Assembly (NCBI RefSeq): GCF_009914755.1
Contig: NC_060927.1
Length of the DNA stretch: 64,000 bases
Direction: 5' to 3' (one strand)
Source: the human T2T-CHM13v2.0 reference genome, Homo sapiens
The translations under genes and the position numbers were made by a program. Positions 15,001 through 31,443 of this stretch are shown here, piece after piece (the stretch's first letter is position 1; the number at the start of each line of letters is the position of its first letter). Under the pieces are notes generated by a model. That model was not told the DNA's origin. It did no database searches and saw only the letters and a list, made by a program, of their open reading frames with translations.

Positions 15001-18000
15001 TAAAATATCAAAGTACCCAAACTATATATTATATACTGTACATAAAATATGAAATTACATCAAATATATATTATATTAGGTACATAAAATATGAAAGTAC
15101 ATCAAATATAGATTATATACTGTACATAAAATATCAAAGTACCCCAAATTTATATTATATACTATACATGAAATATCAAAGTTCACAAACTATATATTAT
15201 ATACTGTACATAAAATATCAAAGTACCCAAGGTATATATTCTATAGTGTACAAAAAATATCAAAGTACCCAAAGCATGTATTATATACCGTACATAAAAT
15301 ATAAAATTACATCAAATATATATTTTATACTGTACATAAAATATCAAAGTACACCAGATATATATTCTATAGAGTACATAAAATATCAAAGTACCCAAAC
15401 TATACATTACATACTGTACATAAAATATGAAATTACATCAAATATATATTATAATAGGTACATAAAATATGAAAGTACATCAAATATAGATTACATACTG
15501 TACATTAAATACGAAAGTACCCCAAATATATATTTTATACTGTACATGAAATATCAAAGTACCCAAGGTATATATTCTATACTGTACAAAAAATATCAAA
15601 GTACCCAAAGCATGTATTACAAACTGTACATAAAATATGAAAGTCCATCAAATATATATTTTATTCTGTACATAAAATATCAAAGTACACCAGATATATA
15701 TTGTATAGTGAAAATAAAATATCAATGTACCCAAACTATACATTATATACTGTACATAAAATATGAAATTACATCAAATATATATTATATTAGGTAAATA
15801 AAATATGAAAGTACATCAAATATAGATTATATACTGTACATTAAGTACCAAAGTACCCCAAATATATATTTTATACTGTACATGAAATATCAAAGTTCAC
15901 AAACTATATATTATATACTGTACATAAAATATGAAAGTACCCAAGTTATATACTCTATACTGTACAAAAAATATCAAAGTACCCAAAGCATGTATTATAT
16001 ACTGTACATAAAGTAAGAAAGTACATCAAATATATATTTTATTCTGTACATAAAATATCAAGGTACACCAGATATATATTCTATAGTGTACATAAAATAT
16101 CAAAGTACCCAAACTATAAATTATATACTGTACATAAAATATGAAATTACATCAAATATATATTATATTAGGTACATAAAATATGAAAGTACATCAAATA
16201 TAGATTATATACTCTACATTAAATACCAAAGTACCCCAAATATATGTTTTATACTGTACATGAAATATCAAAGTTCACAAAGTATATATTATATACTGTA
16301 CATAAAATATCAAAGTACCCAAGGTATATATTCTATACTGTACAAAAGATATCAAAGTACCCAAAGCATGTATTATATACTGTACATAAAATATGAAAGT
16401 ACATCATATATATATTTTATTCTGTACATAAAATATTAAAGTACACCAGATATATATTCTATAGTGTACATAAAATATCAAAGTACCCAAACTATACATT
16501 ATATACTGTACATAAAATATGAAATTACATCAAATATATATTATATTAGGTACATAAAATATGAAAGTACATGAAGTATAGATTATATACTGTACATAAA
16601 ATATCAAAGTACCCCAAATTTATATTATATACTATACATGAAATATCAAAGTTCACAAACTATATATTATATACTGTCCATAAAATATCAAAGTACCCAA
16701 GGTATATATTCTATACTGTACAAAAAATATCAAAGTAAACAAAGCATGTATTATATACTGTACCTAAAATATGAAAGTACATCAAATATATATTTTATTC
16801 TGTACATAAAATATCAAAGTACACCAGATATATATTCTATAGTGTATATAAAATATCAAAGTACCCAAACTATACATTATATACTGTACATAAAATATGA
16901 AATTACATCAAATATATATTATATTAGGTACATAAAATATGAAAGTACATGAAGTATAGATTATATACTGTACATAAAATATCAAAGTACCCCAAATTTA
17001 TATTATATACTATACATGAAATATCAAAGTTCACAAACTATATATTATATACTGTACATAAAATATCAAAGTACCCAAGGTATATATTCTATAGTGTACA
17101 AAAAATATCAAAGTACGCAAAGCATGTATTATATACCGTACATAAAATATGAAATTACATCAAATATATATTTTATTCTGTACATAAAATATCAAAGTAC
17201 ACCAGATATATATACTATAGTGTACATAAAATATCAAAGTACCCAAACTATACATTATACACTGCACATAAAATATGAAATTACATCAAATATATATTAG
17301 GTACATAAAATATGAAAGTACATCAAATATAGATTATATACTGTAAATATAATATCAATGTACCCCAAATATATATTTTATACTCTACATGAAATATCAA
17401 AGTTCACAAACCATATATTATATACTGTACATAAAATATCAAAGTACCCAAGGTATATATTCTATACTGTACAAAAAATATCAAAGTACCCAAAGCATGT
17501 ATTATATACTGTACATAAAATATGAAAGTACATCAAATATATATTTTATTCTGTACATAAAATATCAAAGTACACCAGATATATATTCTATAGTGTACAT
17601 AAAATATCAAAGTACCCAAACTATACATTATATACTGTACATAAAATATGAAATTACATCAAATATATATTATATTAGGTACATGAAATTTGAAAGTACA
17701 TCAAATATAGATTATATACTGTACATTAAATACCAAAGTACCCCAAATATATATTTTATACTCTACATGAAATATCAAAGTTCACAAACTATATATTATA
17801 TACTGTACATAAAATATCAATGTACCCAAGGTATATATTCTATACTGCACAAAAAATATCAAAGTACCCAAAGCATGTATTATATACTGTATATAAAATA
17901 TGAAAGTACATCAAATATATATTTTATTCTGTACATAAAATATCAAAGTACACCAGATATATATTCTATAGTGTACATAAAATAACAAAGTACACAAACT

Positions 18001-21000
18001 ATAAATTATATACTGTACATAAAATATGAAATTACATCAAATATATATTAGGCACATAAAATATGAAAGTACATCAAATATAGATTATATACTGTACATA
18101 TAATATCAATGTACGCGAAATATATATTTTATACTCTACATGAAATATCAAAGTGCACAAACCATATATTGTATACTGCACATAAAATATCAAAATACCC
18201 AAGGTATATATTCTATACTGTACAAAAAATATCAAAGTACCCAAAGCAGGTATTATATACTGTAAATAAAATATGAAAGTACATCAAATATATATTTTAT
18301 TCTGTACATAAAATATCAAAGTACACCAGATATATATTCTATAGCGTACATAAAATATCAAAGTACACAAACTGTACATTATATACTGTATATAAAATAT
18401 GAAATTAAATCAAATATATATTATATTAGGTACATAAAATATGAAAGTACATCAAATATAGATTATATACTGTACATTAAATACCAAAGTACCCCAAATA
18501 TATATTTTATACTGTACATGAAATTTCAAAGTTCACAAACTATATATTATATACTGTACATAAAATATCAAAGTACCCAAGGTATATATTCTATAGTGTA
18601 CAAAAAATATCAAAGTACCCAAAGCATGTATTATATACCGTACATAAAATATAAAATTACATCAAATATATATTTTATTCTGTACATAAAATATCAAAGT
18701 ACACCAGATATATATACTATAGTGTACATAAAATATCAAAGTACCCAAACTATACATTATACACTGTACATAAAATATGAAATTACATCAAATATATATT
18801 AGGTACATAAAATATGAAAGTACATCAAATATAGATTATATACTGTAAATATAATATCAATGTACCCCAAATATATATTTTATACTCTATATGAAATATC
18901 AAAGTTCACAAACCATATATTATATACTGTACATAAAATATCAAAGTACCAAAGGTATATATTCTATACTGTACAAAAAATATCAAAGTACCCAAAGCAT
19001 GTATTATATACTGTACATAAAATATGAAAGTACATCAAATATATATTTTATTCTGTACATAAAATATCAAAGTACACCAGATATATATTCTATAGTGTAC
19101 ATAAAATATCAAAGTACCCAAACTATACATTATATACTGTACATAAAATATGAAATTACATCAAATATATATTATATTAGGTACATGAAATATGAAAGTA
19201 CATCAAATATAGATTATATACTGTACATAAAATATGAAAGTACCCCAAATATATATTATATACTCTACATGAAATATCAAAGTTCACAAACTATATATTA
19301 TATACTGTACATAAAATATCAAAGTACCCAAGGTATATATTCTATACTGTACAAAAAATATCAAAGTATCCAAAGCAGGTATTATATACTGTATATAAAA
19401 TATGAAAGTACATCAAATATATATTTTATTCTGTACATAAAATATCAAAGTACACCAGATATATATTCTATAGTGTACATAAAATATCAAGGTACCCAAA
19501 CTATATATTATATACTGTACATAAAATATGAAATTACAGCAAATATATATTATATTAGGTACATAAAATATGAAAGTACATCAAATATAGATTATATACT
19601 GTACATTAAATACCAAAGTACCCCAAATATATATTTTATACTGTACATGAAATATCAAAGTTCACAAACTATATATTATATACTGTACATAAAATATCAA
19701 TGTACCCAAGGTATATATTCTATACTGCACAAAAAATATCAAAGTACCCACAGCATGTATTATATACTGTATATAAAATATGAAAGTACATCAAATATAT
19801 ATTTTATTCTGTACATAAAATAACAAAATACACCAGATATATATTCTATAGTGTACATAAAATATCAAAGTACCCAAACTATACATTATATACTGTACAT
19901 AAATATGAAATTACATCAAATATATATTATATTAGGTATATAAAATATGAAAGTACATGAAGTATAGATTATATACTGTAGATAAAATATCAAAGTACCC
20001 CAAATTTATATTATATACTATACATGAAATATCAAAGTTCACAAACTATATATTATATACTGTACATAAAATATCAAAGTACCCAAGGTATATATTCTAT
20101 AGTGTACAAAAAATATCAAAGTACCCAAAGCATGTATTATATACCATACGTAAAATATAAAATTACATCAAATATATATTTTATTCTGTACATAAAATAT
20201 CAAAGTACACCAGATATATATACTATAGTGTACATAAAATATCAAAGTACCCAAACTATACATTATACACTGCACATAAAATATGAAATTACATCAAATA
20301 TATATTAGGTACATAAAATATGAAAGTACATCAAATATAGATTATATACTGTAAATATAATATCAATGTACCCCAAATATATATTTTATACTCTACATGA
20401 AATATCAAAGTTCACAAACCATATATTATATACTGTAAATAAAATATCAAAGTACCCAAGGTATATATTCTATACTGTACAAAAAATATCAAAGTACCCA
20501 AAGCATGTATTATATACTGTACATAAAATATGAAAGTACATCAAATATATATTTTATTCTGTACATAAAATATCAAAGTACACCAGATATATATTCTATA
20601 GTGTACATAAAATAACAAAGTACACAAACTATAAATTATATCCTGTACATAAAATATGAAATTACATCAAATATATATTAGGTACATAAAATATGAAAGT
20701 ACATCAAATATAGATTATATACTGTACATTAAGTACCAAAGTACACCAAATATATATTTTATTCTGTACATAAAATATCAAAGTACACCAGATATATATT
20801 CTATAGTGTACATAAAATATCAAAGTACCCAAACTATACATTATATACTGTACATAAAATATGAAATTACAGCAAATATATATTATATTAGGTAAATGAA
20901 ATATGAAAGTACATCAAATATAGATTATATACTGTACATAAAATATGAAAGTACCCCAAATATATATTATATACTCTACATGAAATATCAAAGTTCACAA

Positions 21001-23161
21001 ACTATATATTATATACTGTACATAAAATATCAAAGTACCCAAGGTATATATTCTATACTGTACAAAAAATATCAAAGTATCCAAAGCATGTATTATATAC
21101 TGTATATAAAATATGAAAGTACATCAAATATATATTTTATTCTGTACATAAAATATCAAAGTACACCAGATATATATTCTATAGTGTACATAAAATATCA
21201 AAGTACCCAAACTATACATTATATACTGTACATAAAATATGAAATTACAGCAAATATATATTATATTAGGTACATAAAATATGAAAGTACATCAAATATA
21301 GATTATACACTCTACATTAAATACCAAAGTACCCCAAATATATATTTTATACTGTACATGAAATATCAAAGTTCACAAACTATATATTATATACTGTACA
21401 TAAAATATCAATGTACCCAAGGTATATATTCTATACTGCACAAAAAATATCAAAGTACCCAAAGCATGTATTATATACTGTATATAAAATAGGAAAGTAC
21501 ATCAAATATATATTTTATTCTGTACATAAAATATCAAAGTACACCAGATATATATTCTATAGTGTACATAAAATATCAAAGTACCCAAACTATACATTAT
21601 ATACTGTACATAAAATATGAAATTACATCAAATATATATTATATTAGGTACATAAAATACGAAAGTACATCAAATATAGATTATATACTGTACATAAAAT
21701 ATGAAAGTACCCCAATATATATTATATACTCTACATGAAATATCAAAGTTCACAAACTATATATTATGTACTGTACATAAAATATCAAACTACCCAAGGT
21801 ATATATTCTATACTGTACAAAAAATATCAAAGTACCCAAAGCATGTATTATATAATGTACATAAAATATGAAAGTACATCAAATATATATTTTATTCTGT
21901 ACATAAAATATCAAAGAACACCAGATATATATTCTATAGTGTACATAAAATATCAAAGTACCCAAACTATACATTATATACTGTACATAAAATATGAAAT
22001 TACATCAAATATATATTATATTAGGTATATAAAATATGAAAGTACATCAAATATAGATTATATACTGTAAATATAATATCAATGTACCCCATATATATAT
22101 TTTATACTCTACATGAAATATCAAAGTTCACAAACCATATATTATATACTGTACATAAAATATCAAAGTACCCAAGGTATATATTCTATACTGTACAAAA
22201 AATATCAAAGTACCCAAAGCATGTATTATATACTATACCTAAAATATGAAAGTACATCAAATATATATTTTATTCTGTACATAAAATATCAAAGTACACC
22301 AGATATATATTCTACAGTGTACATAAAATATCAAAGTACCCAAACTATACATTATATACTGTACATAAAATATGAAATTACATCAAATATATATTATATT
22401 AGGTACATAAAATACGAAAGTACATCAAATATAGATTATATACTGTACATAAAATATCAAAGTACCCCAATATATATTATATACTGTACATGAAATATCA
22501 AAGTTCACAAACTATATATTATGTACTGTACATAAAATATCAAAGTACCCAAAGTATATATTCTATACTGTACAAAAAATATCAAAGTACCCAAAGCATG
22601 TATTATATAATGTACATAAAATATGAAAGTACATCAAATATATATTTTATTCTGTACATAAAATATCAAAGTACACCAGATATATATTCTATAGCGTACA
22701 TAAAATATCAAAGTACACAAACTATACATTATATACTGTACATAAAATATGAAATTACATCAAATATATATTATATTAGGTACATAAAATATGAAAGTAC
22801 ATCAAATATAGATTATATACTGTAAATATAATATCAATGTACCCCAAATATATATTTTATACTCTACATGAAATATCAAAGTTCACAAACCATATATTAT
22901 ATACTGTACATAAAATATCAAAGTACCCAAGGTATATATTCTATACTGTACAAAAAATATCAAAGTACCCAAAGCATGTATTATATACTGTACATAAAAT
23001 ATGAAAGTACATCAAATATATATTTTATTCTGTACATAAAATATCAAAGTACACCAGATATATATTCTATAGTGTACATAAAATATCAAAGTACCCAAAC
23101 TATACATTATATACTGTACATAAAATATGAAATTACATCAAATATATATTATATTAGGTAA

Positions 23162-26100
23162 ATGAAATATGAAAGTACATCAAATATAGATTATATACTG
23201 TACATAAAATATGAAAGTACCCCAAATATATATTATATACTCTACATGAAATATCAAAGTTCACAAACTATATATTATATACTGTACATAAAATATCAAA
23301 GTACCCAAGGTATATATTCTATACTGTACAAAAAATATCAAAGTATCCAAAGCATGTATTATATACTGTATATAAAATATGAAAGTACATCAAATATATA
23401 TTTTATTCTGTACATAAAATATCAAAGTACACCAGATATATATTCTATAGTGTACATAAAATATCAAAGTACCCAAACTATACATTATATACTGTACATA
23501 AAATATGAAATTACAGCAAATATATATTATATTAGGTACATAAAATATGAAAGTACATCAAATATAGATTATATACTCTACATTAAATACCAAAGTACCC
23601 CAAATATATATTTTATACTGTACATGAAATATCAAAGTTCACAAACTATATATTATATACTGTAGATAAAATATCAATGTACCCAAGGTATATATTCTAT
23701 ACTGCACAAAAAATATCAAAGTACCCAAAGCATGTATTATATACTGTATATAAAATATGAAAGTACATCAAATATATATTTTATTCTGTACATAAAATAT
23801 CAAAGTACACCAGATATATATTCTATAGTGTACATAAAATATCAAAGTACCCAAACTATACATTATATACTGTACATAAAATATGAAATTACATCAAATA
23901 TATATTATATTAGGTACATAAAATACGAAAGTACATCAAATATAGATTATATACTGTACATAAAATATGAAAGTACCCCAATATATATTATATACTCTAC
24001 ATGAAATATCAAAGTTCACAAACTATATATTATGTACTGTACATAAAATATCAAACTACAAAAGGTATATATTCTATACTGTACAAAAAATATCAAAGTA
24101 CCCAAAGCATGTATTATATAATGTACATAAAATATGAAAGTACATCAAATATATATTTTATTCTGTACATAAAATATCAAAGAACACCAGATATATATTC
24201 TATAGTGTACATAAAATATCAAAGTACCCAAACTATACATTATATACTGTACATAAAATATGAAATTACAGCAAATATATATTATATTAGGTACATAAAA
24301 TATGAAAGTACATCAAATATAGATTATATACTGTACATTAAATACCAAAGTACCCCAAATATATATTTTATACTGTACATGAAATATCAAAGTTCACAAA
24401 CTATATATTATATACTGTACATAAAATATCAATGTACCCAAGGTATATATTCTATACTGCACAAAAAATATCAAAGTACCCAAAGCATGTATTATATACT
24501 GTATATAAAATATGAAAGTACATCAAATATATATTTTATTCTGTACATAAAATATCAAAGTACACCAGATATATATTCTATAGTGTACATAAAATAACAA
24601 AGTACACAAACTATAAATTATATCCTGTACATAAAATATGAAATTACATCAAATATATATTAGGTACATAAAATATGAAAGTACATGAAATATAGATTAT
24701 ATACTGTACATTAAGTACCAAGGTACACCAAATATATATTTTATTCTGTACATAAAATATCAAAGTACACCAGATATATATTCTATAGTGTACATAAAAT
24801 ATCAAAGTACCCAAACTATACATTATATACTGTACATAAAATATGAAATTACATCAAATATATATTATATTAGGTAAATGAAATATGAAAGTACATCAAA
24901 TATAGATTATATACTGTACATAAAATATGAAAGTACCCCAAATATATATTATATACTCTACATGAAATATCAAAGTTCACAAACTATATATTATATACTG
25001 TACATAAAATATCAAAGTACCCAAGGTATATATTCTATACTGTACAAAAAATATCAAAGTATCCAAAGCATGTATTATATACTGTATATAAAATATGAAA
25101 GTACATCAAATATATATTTTATTCTGTACATAAAATATCAAAGTACACCAGATATATATTCTATAGTGTACATAAAATATCAAAGTACCCAAACTATACA
25201 TTATATACTGTACATAAAATATGAAATTACAGCAAATATATATTATATTAGGTACATAAAATATGAAAGTACATCAAATATAGATTATATACTCTACATT
25301 AAATACCAAAGTACCCCAAATATATATTTTATACTGTACATGAAATATCAAAGTTCACAAACTATATATTATATACTGTACATAAAATATCAATGTACCC
25401 AAGGTATATATTCTATACTGCACAAAAAATATCAAAGTACCCAAAGCATGTATTATATACTGTATATAAAATATGAAAGTACATCAAATATATATTTTAT
25501 TCTGTACATAAAATATCAAAGTACACCAGATATATATTCTATAGTGTACATAAAATATCAAAGTACCCAAACTATACATTATATACTGTACATAAAATAT
25601 GAAATTACATCAAATATATATTATATTAGGTACATAAAATACGAAAGTACATCAAATATAGATTATATACTGTACATAAAATATGAAAGTACCCCAATAT
25701 ATATTATATACTCTACATGAAATATCAAAGTTCACAAACTATATATTATGTACTGTACATAAAATATCAAACTACCCAAGGTATATATTCTATACTGTAC
25801 AAAAAATATCAAAGTACCCAAAGCATGTATTATATAATGTACATAAAATATGAAAGTACATCAAATATATATTTTATTCTGTACATAAAATATCAAAGAA
25901 CACCAGATATATATTCTATAGTGTACATAAAATATCAAAGTACCCAAACTATACATTATATACTGTACATAAAATATGAAATTACAGCAAATATATATTA
26001 TATTAGGTACATAAAATATGAAAGTACATCAAATATAGATTATATACTGTACATTAAATACCAAAGTACCCCAAATATATATTTTATACTGTACATGAAA

Positions 26101-26593
26101 TATCAAAGTTCACAAACTATATATTTTATACTGTACATAAAATATCAATGTACCCAAGGTATATATTCTATACTGCACAAAAAATATCAAAGTACCCAAA
26201 GCATGTATTATATACTGTATATAAAATATGAAAGTACATCAAATATATATTTTATTCTGTACATAAAATATCAAAGTACACCAGATATATATTCTATAGT
26301 GTACATAAAATAACAAAGTACACAAACTATAAATTATATCCTGTACATAAAATATGAAATTACATCAAATATATATTAGGTACATAAAATATGAAAGTAC
26401 ATCAAATATAGATTATATACTGTACATTAAGTACCAAAGTACACCAAATATATATTTTATTCTGTACATAAAATATCAAAGTACACCAGATATATATTCT
26501 ATAGTGTACATAAAATATCAAAGTACCCAAACTATACATTATATACTGTACATAAAATATGAAATTACATCAAATATATATTATATTAGGTAA
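23162..26593 (+). repeat. Two tandem copies of a 1716-bp (41-monomer) super-unit
   Basis: The marker GGTAAATGAAA gives ORF starts at 23162, 24878 and 26594, and a second marker set falls at 24001, 25717 and 27433; all spacings are 1716. 41x42 minus one 1-bp and one 5-bp deletion = 1716. Confidence 0.9.
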
Positions 26594-29500
26594 ATGAAAT
26601 ATGAAAGTACATCAAATATAGATTATATACTGTACATAAAATATGAAAGTACCCCAAATATATATTATATACTCTACATGAAATATCAAAGTTCACAAAC
26701 TATATATTATATACTGTACATAAAATATCAAAGTACCCAAGGTATATATTCTATACTGTACAAAAAATATCAAAGTATCCAAAGCATGTATTATATACTG
26801 TATATAAAATATGAAAGTACATCAAATATATATTTTATTCTGTACATAAAATATCAAAGTACACCAGATATATATTCTATAGTGTACATAAAATATCAAA
26901 GTACCCAAACTATACATTATATACTGTACATAAAATATGAAATTACAGCAAATATATATTATATTAGGTACATAAAATATGAAAGTACATCAAATATAGA
27001 TTATATACTCTACATTAAATACCAAAGTACCCCAAATATATATTTTATACTGTACATGAAATATCAAAGTTCACAAACTATATATTATATACTGTACATA
27101 AAATATCAATGTACCCAAGGTATATATTCTATACTGCACAAAAAATATCAAAGTACCCAAAGCATGTATTATATACTGTATATAAAATATGAAAGTACAT
27201 CAAATATATATTTTATTCTGTACATAAAATATCAAAGTACACCAGATATATATTCTATAGTGTACATAAAATATCAAAGTACCCAAACTATACATTATAT
27301 ACTGTACATAAAATATGAAATTACATCAAATATATATTATATTAGGTACATAAAATACGAAAGTACATCAAATATAGATTATATACTGTACATAAAATAT
27401 GAAAGTACCCCAATATATATTATATACTCTACATGAAATATCAAAGTTCACAAACTATATATTATGTACTGTACATAAAATATCAAACTACCCAAGGTAT
27501 ATATTCTATACTGTACAAAAAATATCAAAGTACCCAAAGCATGTATTATATAATGTACATAAAATATGAAAGTACATCAAATATATATTTTATTCTGTAC
27601 ATAAAATATCAAAGAACACCAGATATATATTCTATAGTGTACATAAAATATCAAAGTACCCAAACTATACATTATATACTGTACATAAAATATGAAATTA
27701 CATCATATATATATTAGGTACATAAAATATGAAAGTACATCAAATATATATTTTATTCTGTACATAAAATATCAAAGTACACCAGATATATATTCTATAG
27801 TGTACATAAAATAACAAAGTACACAAACTATAAAATATATACTGTACATAAAATATGAAATTACATCAAATATATATTAGGTACATAAAATATGAAAGTA
27901 CATCAAATATAGATTATATACTGTACATATAATATCAATGTACCCGAAATATATATTTTATACTCTACATGAAATATCAAAGTTCACAAACCATATATTG
28001 TATACTGCACATAAAATATCAAAATACACAAGGTATATATTCTATACTGTACAAAAAATATCAAAGTACCCAAAGCAGGTATTATATACTGTATATAAAA
28101 TATGAAAGTACATCAAATATATATTTTATTCTGTACATAAAATATCAAAGTACACCAGATATATATTCTATAGTGTACATAAAATATAAAGGTACCCAAA
28201 CTATATATTATATACTGTACATAAAATATGAAATTACAGCAAATATATATTATATTAGGTACATAAAATATGAAAGTACATCAAATATAGATTATATACT
28301 GTACATTAAATACCAAAGTACCCCAAATATATATTTTATACTGTACATGAAATATCAAAGTTCACAAACTATATATTATATACTGTACATAAAATATCAA
28401 TGTACCCAAGGTATATATTCTATACTGCACAAAAAATATCAAAGTACCCAAAGCATGTATTATATACTGTATATAAAATATGAAAGTACATCAAATATAT
28501 ATTTTATTCTGTACATAAAATATCAAAGTACACCAGATATATATTCTATAGCGTACATAAAATATCAAAGTACACAAACTATACATTATATACTGTACAT
28601 AAAATATGAAATTACATCAAATATATATTATATTAGGTACATAAAATATGAAAGTACATCAAATATAGATTATATACTGTAAATATAATATCAATGTACC
28701 CCAAATATATATTTTATACTCTACATGAAATATCAAAGTTCACAAACCATATATTATATACTGTACATAAAATATCAAAGTACCCAAGGTATATATTCTA
28801 TACTGTACAAAAAATATCAAAGTACCCAAAGCATGTATTATATACTGTACATAAAATATGAAAGTACATCAAATATATATTTTATTCTGTACATAAAATA
28901 TCAAAGTACACCAGATATATATTCTATAGTGTACATAAAATATCAAAGTACCCAAACTATACATTATATACTGTACATAAAATATGAAATTACATCAAAT
29001 ATATATTATATTAGGTAAATGAAATATGAAAGTACATCAAATATAGATTATATACTGTACATAAAATATGAAAGTACCCCAAATATATATTATATACTCT
29101 ACATGAAATATCAAAGTTCACAAACTATATATTATGTACTGTACATAAAATATCAAAGTACCCAAGGTATATATTCTATACTGTACAAAAAATATCAAAG
29201 TATCCAAAGCATGTATTATATACTGTATATAAAATATGAAAGTACATCAAATATATATTTTATTCTGTACATAAAATATCAAAGTACACCAGATATATAT
29301 TCTATAGTGTACATAAAATATCAAAGTACCCAAACTATACATTATATACTGTACATAAAATATGAAATTACAGCAAATATATATTATATTAGGTACATAA
29401 AATATGAAAGTACATCAAATATAGATTATATACTCTACATTAAATACCAAAGTACCCCAAATATATATTTTATACTGTACATGAAATATCAAAGTTCACA

Positions 29501-31443
29501 AACTATATATTATATACTGTACATAAAATATCAATGTACCCAAGGTATATATTCTATACTGCACAAAAAATATCAAAGTACCCAAAGCATGTATTATATA
29601 CTGTATATAAAATATGAAAGTACATCAAATATATATTTTATTCTGTACATAAAATATCAAAGTACACCAGATATATATTCTATAGTGTACATAAAATATC
29701 AAAGTACCCAAACTATACATTATATACTGTACATAAAATATGAAATTACATCAAATATATATTATATTAGGTACATAAAATACGAAAGTACATCAAATAT
29801 AGATTATATACTGTACATAAAATATGAAAGTACCCCAATATATATTATATACTCTACATGAAATATCAAAGTTCACAAACTATATATTATGTACTGTACA
29901 TAAAATATCAAACTACCCAAGGTATATATTCTATACTGTACAAAAAATATCAAAGTACCCAAAGCATGTATTATATAATGTACATAAAATATGAAAGTAC
30001 ATCAAATATATATTTTATTCTGTACATAAAATATCAAAGAACACCAGATATATATTCTATAGTGTACATAAAATATCAAAGTACCCAAACTATACATTAT
30101 ATACTGTACATAAAATATGAAATTACATCATATATATATTAGGTACATAAAATATGAAAGTACATCAAATATATATTTTATTCTGTACATAAAATATCAA
30201 AGTACACCAGATATATATTCTATAGTGTACATAAAATAACAAAGTACACAAACTATAAAATATATACTGTACATAAAATATGAAATTACATCAAATATAT
30301 ATTAGGTACATAAAATATGAAAGTACATCAAATATAGATTATATACTGTACATATAATATCAATGTACCCGAAATATATATTTTATACTCTACATGAAAT
30401 ATCAAAGTTCACAAACCATATATTGTATACTGCACATAAAATATCAAAATACACAAGGTATATATTCTATACTGTACAAAAAATATCAAAGTACCCAAAG
30501 CAGGTATTATATACTGTATATAAAATATGAAAGTACATCAAATATATATTTTATTCTGTACATAAAATATCAAAGTACACCAGATATATATTCTATAGTG
30601 TACATAAAATATAAAGGTACCCAAACTATATATTATATACTGTACATAAAATATGAAATTACAGCAAATATATATTATATTAGGTACATAAAATATGAAA
30701 GTACATCAAATATAGATTATATACTGTACATTAAATACCAAAGTACCCCAAATATATATTTTATACTGTACATGAAATATCAAAGTTCACAAACTATATA
30801 TTATATACTGTACATAAAATATCAATGTACCCAAGGTATATATTCTATACTGCACAAAAAATATCAAAGTACCCAAAGCATGTATTATATACTGTATATA
30901 AAATATGAAAGTACATCAAATATATATTTTATTCTGTACATAAAATATCAAAGTACACCAGATATATATTCTATAGCGTACATAAAATATCAAAGTACAC
31001 AAACTATACATTATATACTGTACATAAAATATGAAATTACATCAAATATATATTATATTAGGTACATAAAATATGAAAGTACATCAAATATAGATTATAT
31101 ACTGTAAATATAATATCAATGTACCCCAAATATATATTTTATACTCTACATGAAATATCAAAGTTCACAAACCATATATTATATACTGTACATAAAATAT
31201 CAAAGTACCCAAGGTATATATTCTATACTGTACAAAAAATATCAAAGTACCCAAAGCATGTATTATATACTGTACATAAAATATGAAAGTACATCAAATA
31301 TATATTTTATTCTGTACATAAAATATCAAAGTACACCAGATATATATTCTATAGTGTACATAAAATATCAAAGTACCCAAACTATACATTATATACTGTA
31401 CATAAAATATGAAATTACATCAAATATATATTATATTAGGTAA
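26594..31443 (+). repeat. Two tandem copies of a 2425-bp (58-monomer) super-unit
   Basis: ORF-start sets 26594/29019/31444, 27433/29858/32283, 27969/30394 and 28725/31150 are all spaced by 2425. 58x42 minus (1+5+5) = 2425. Both copies share the rare variant ATATAAAGGTACC. Confidence 0.9.
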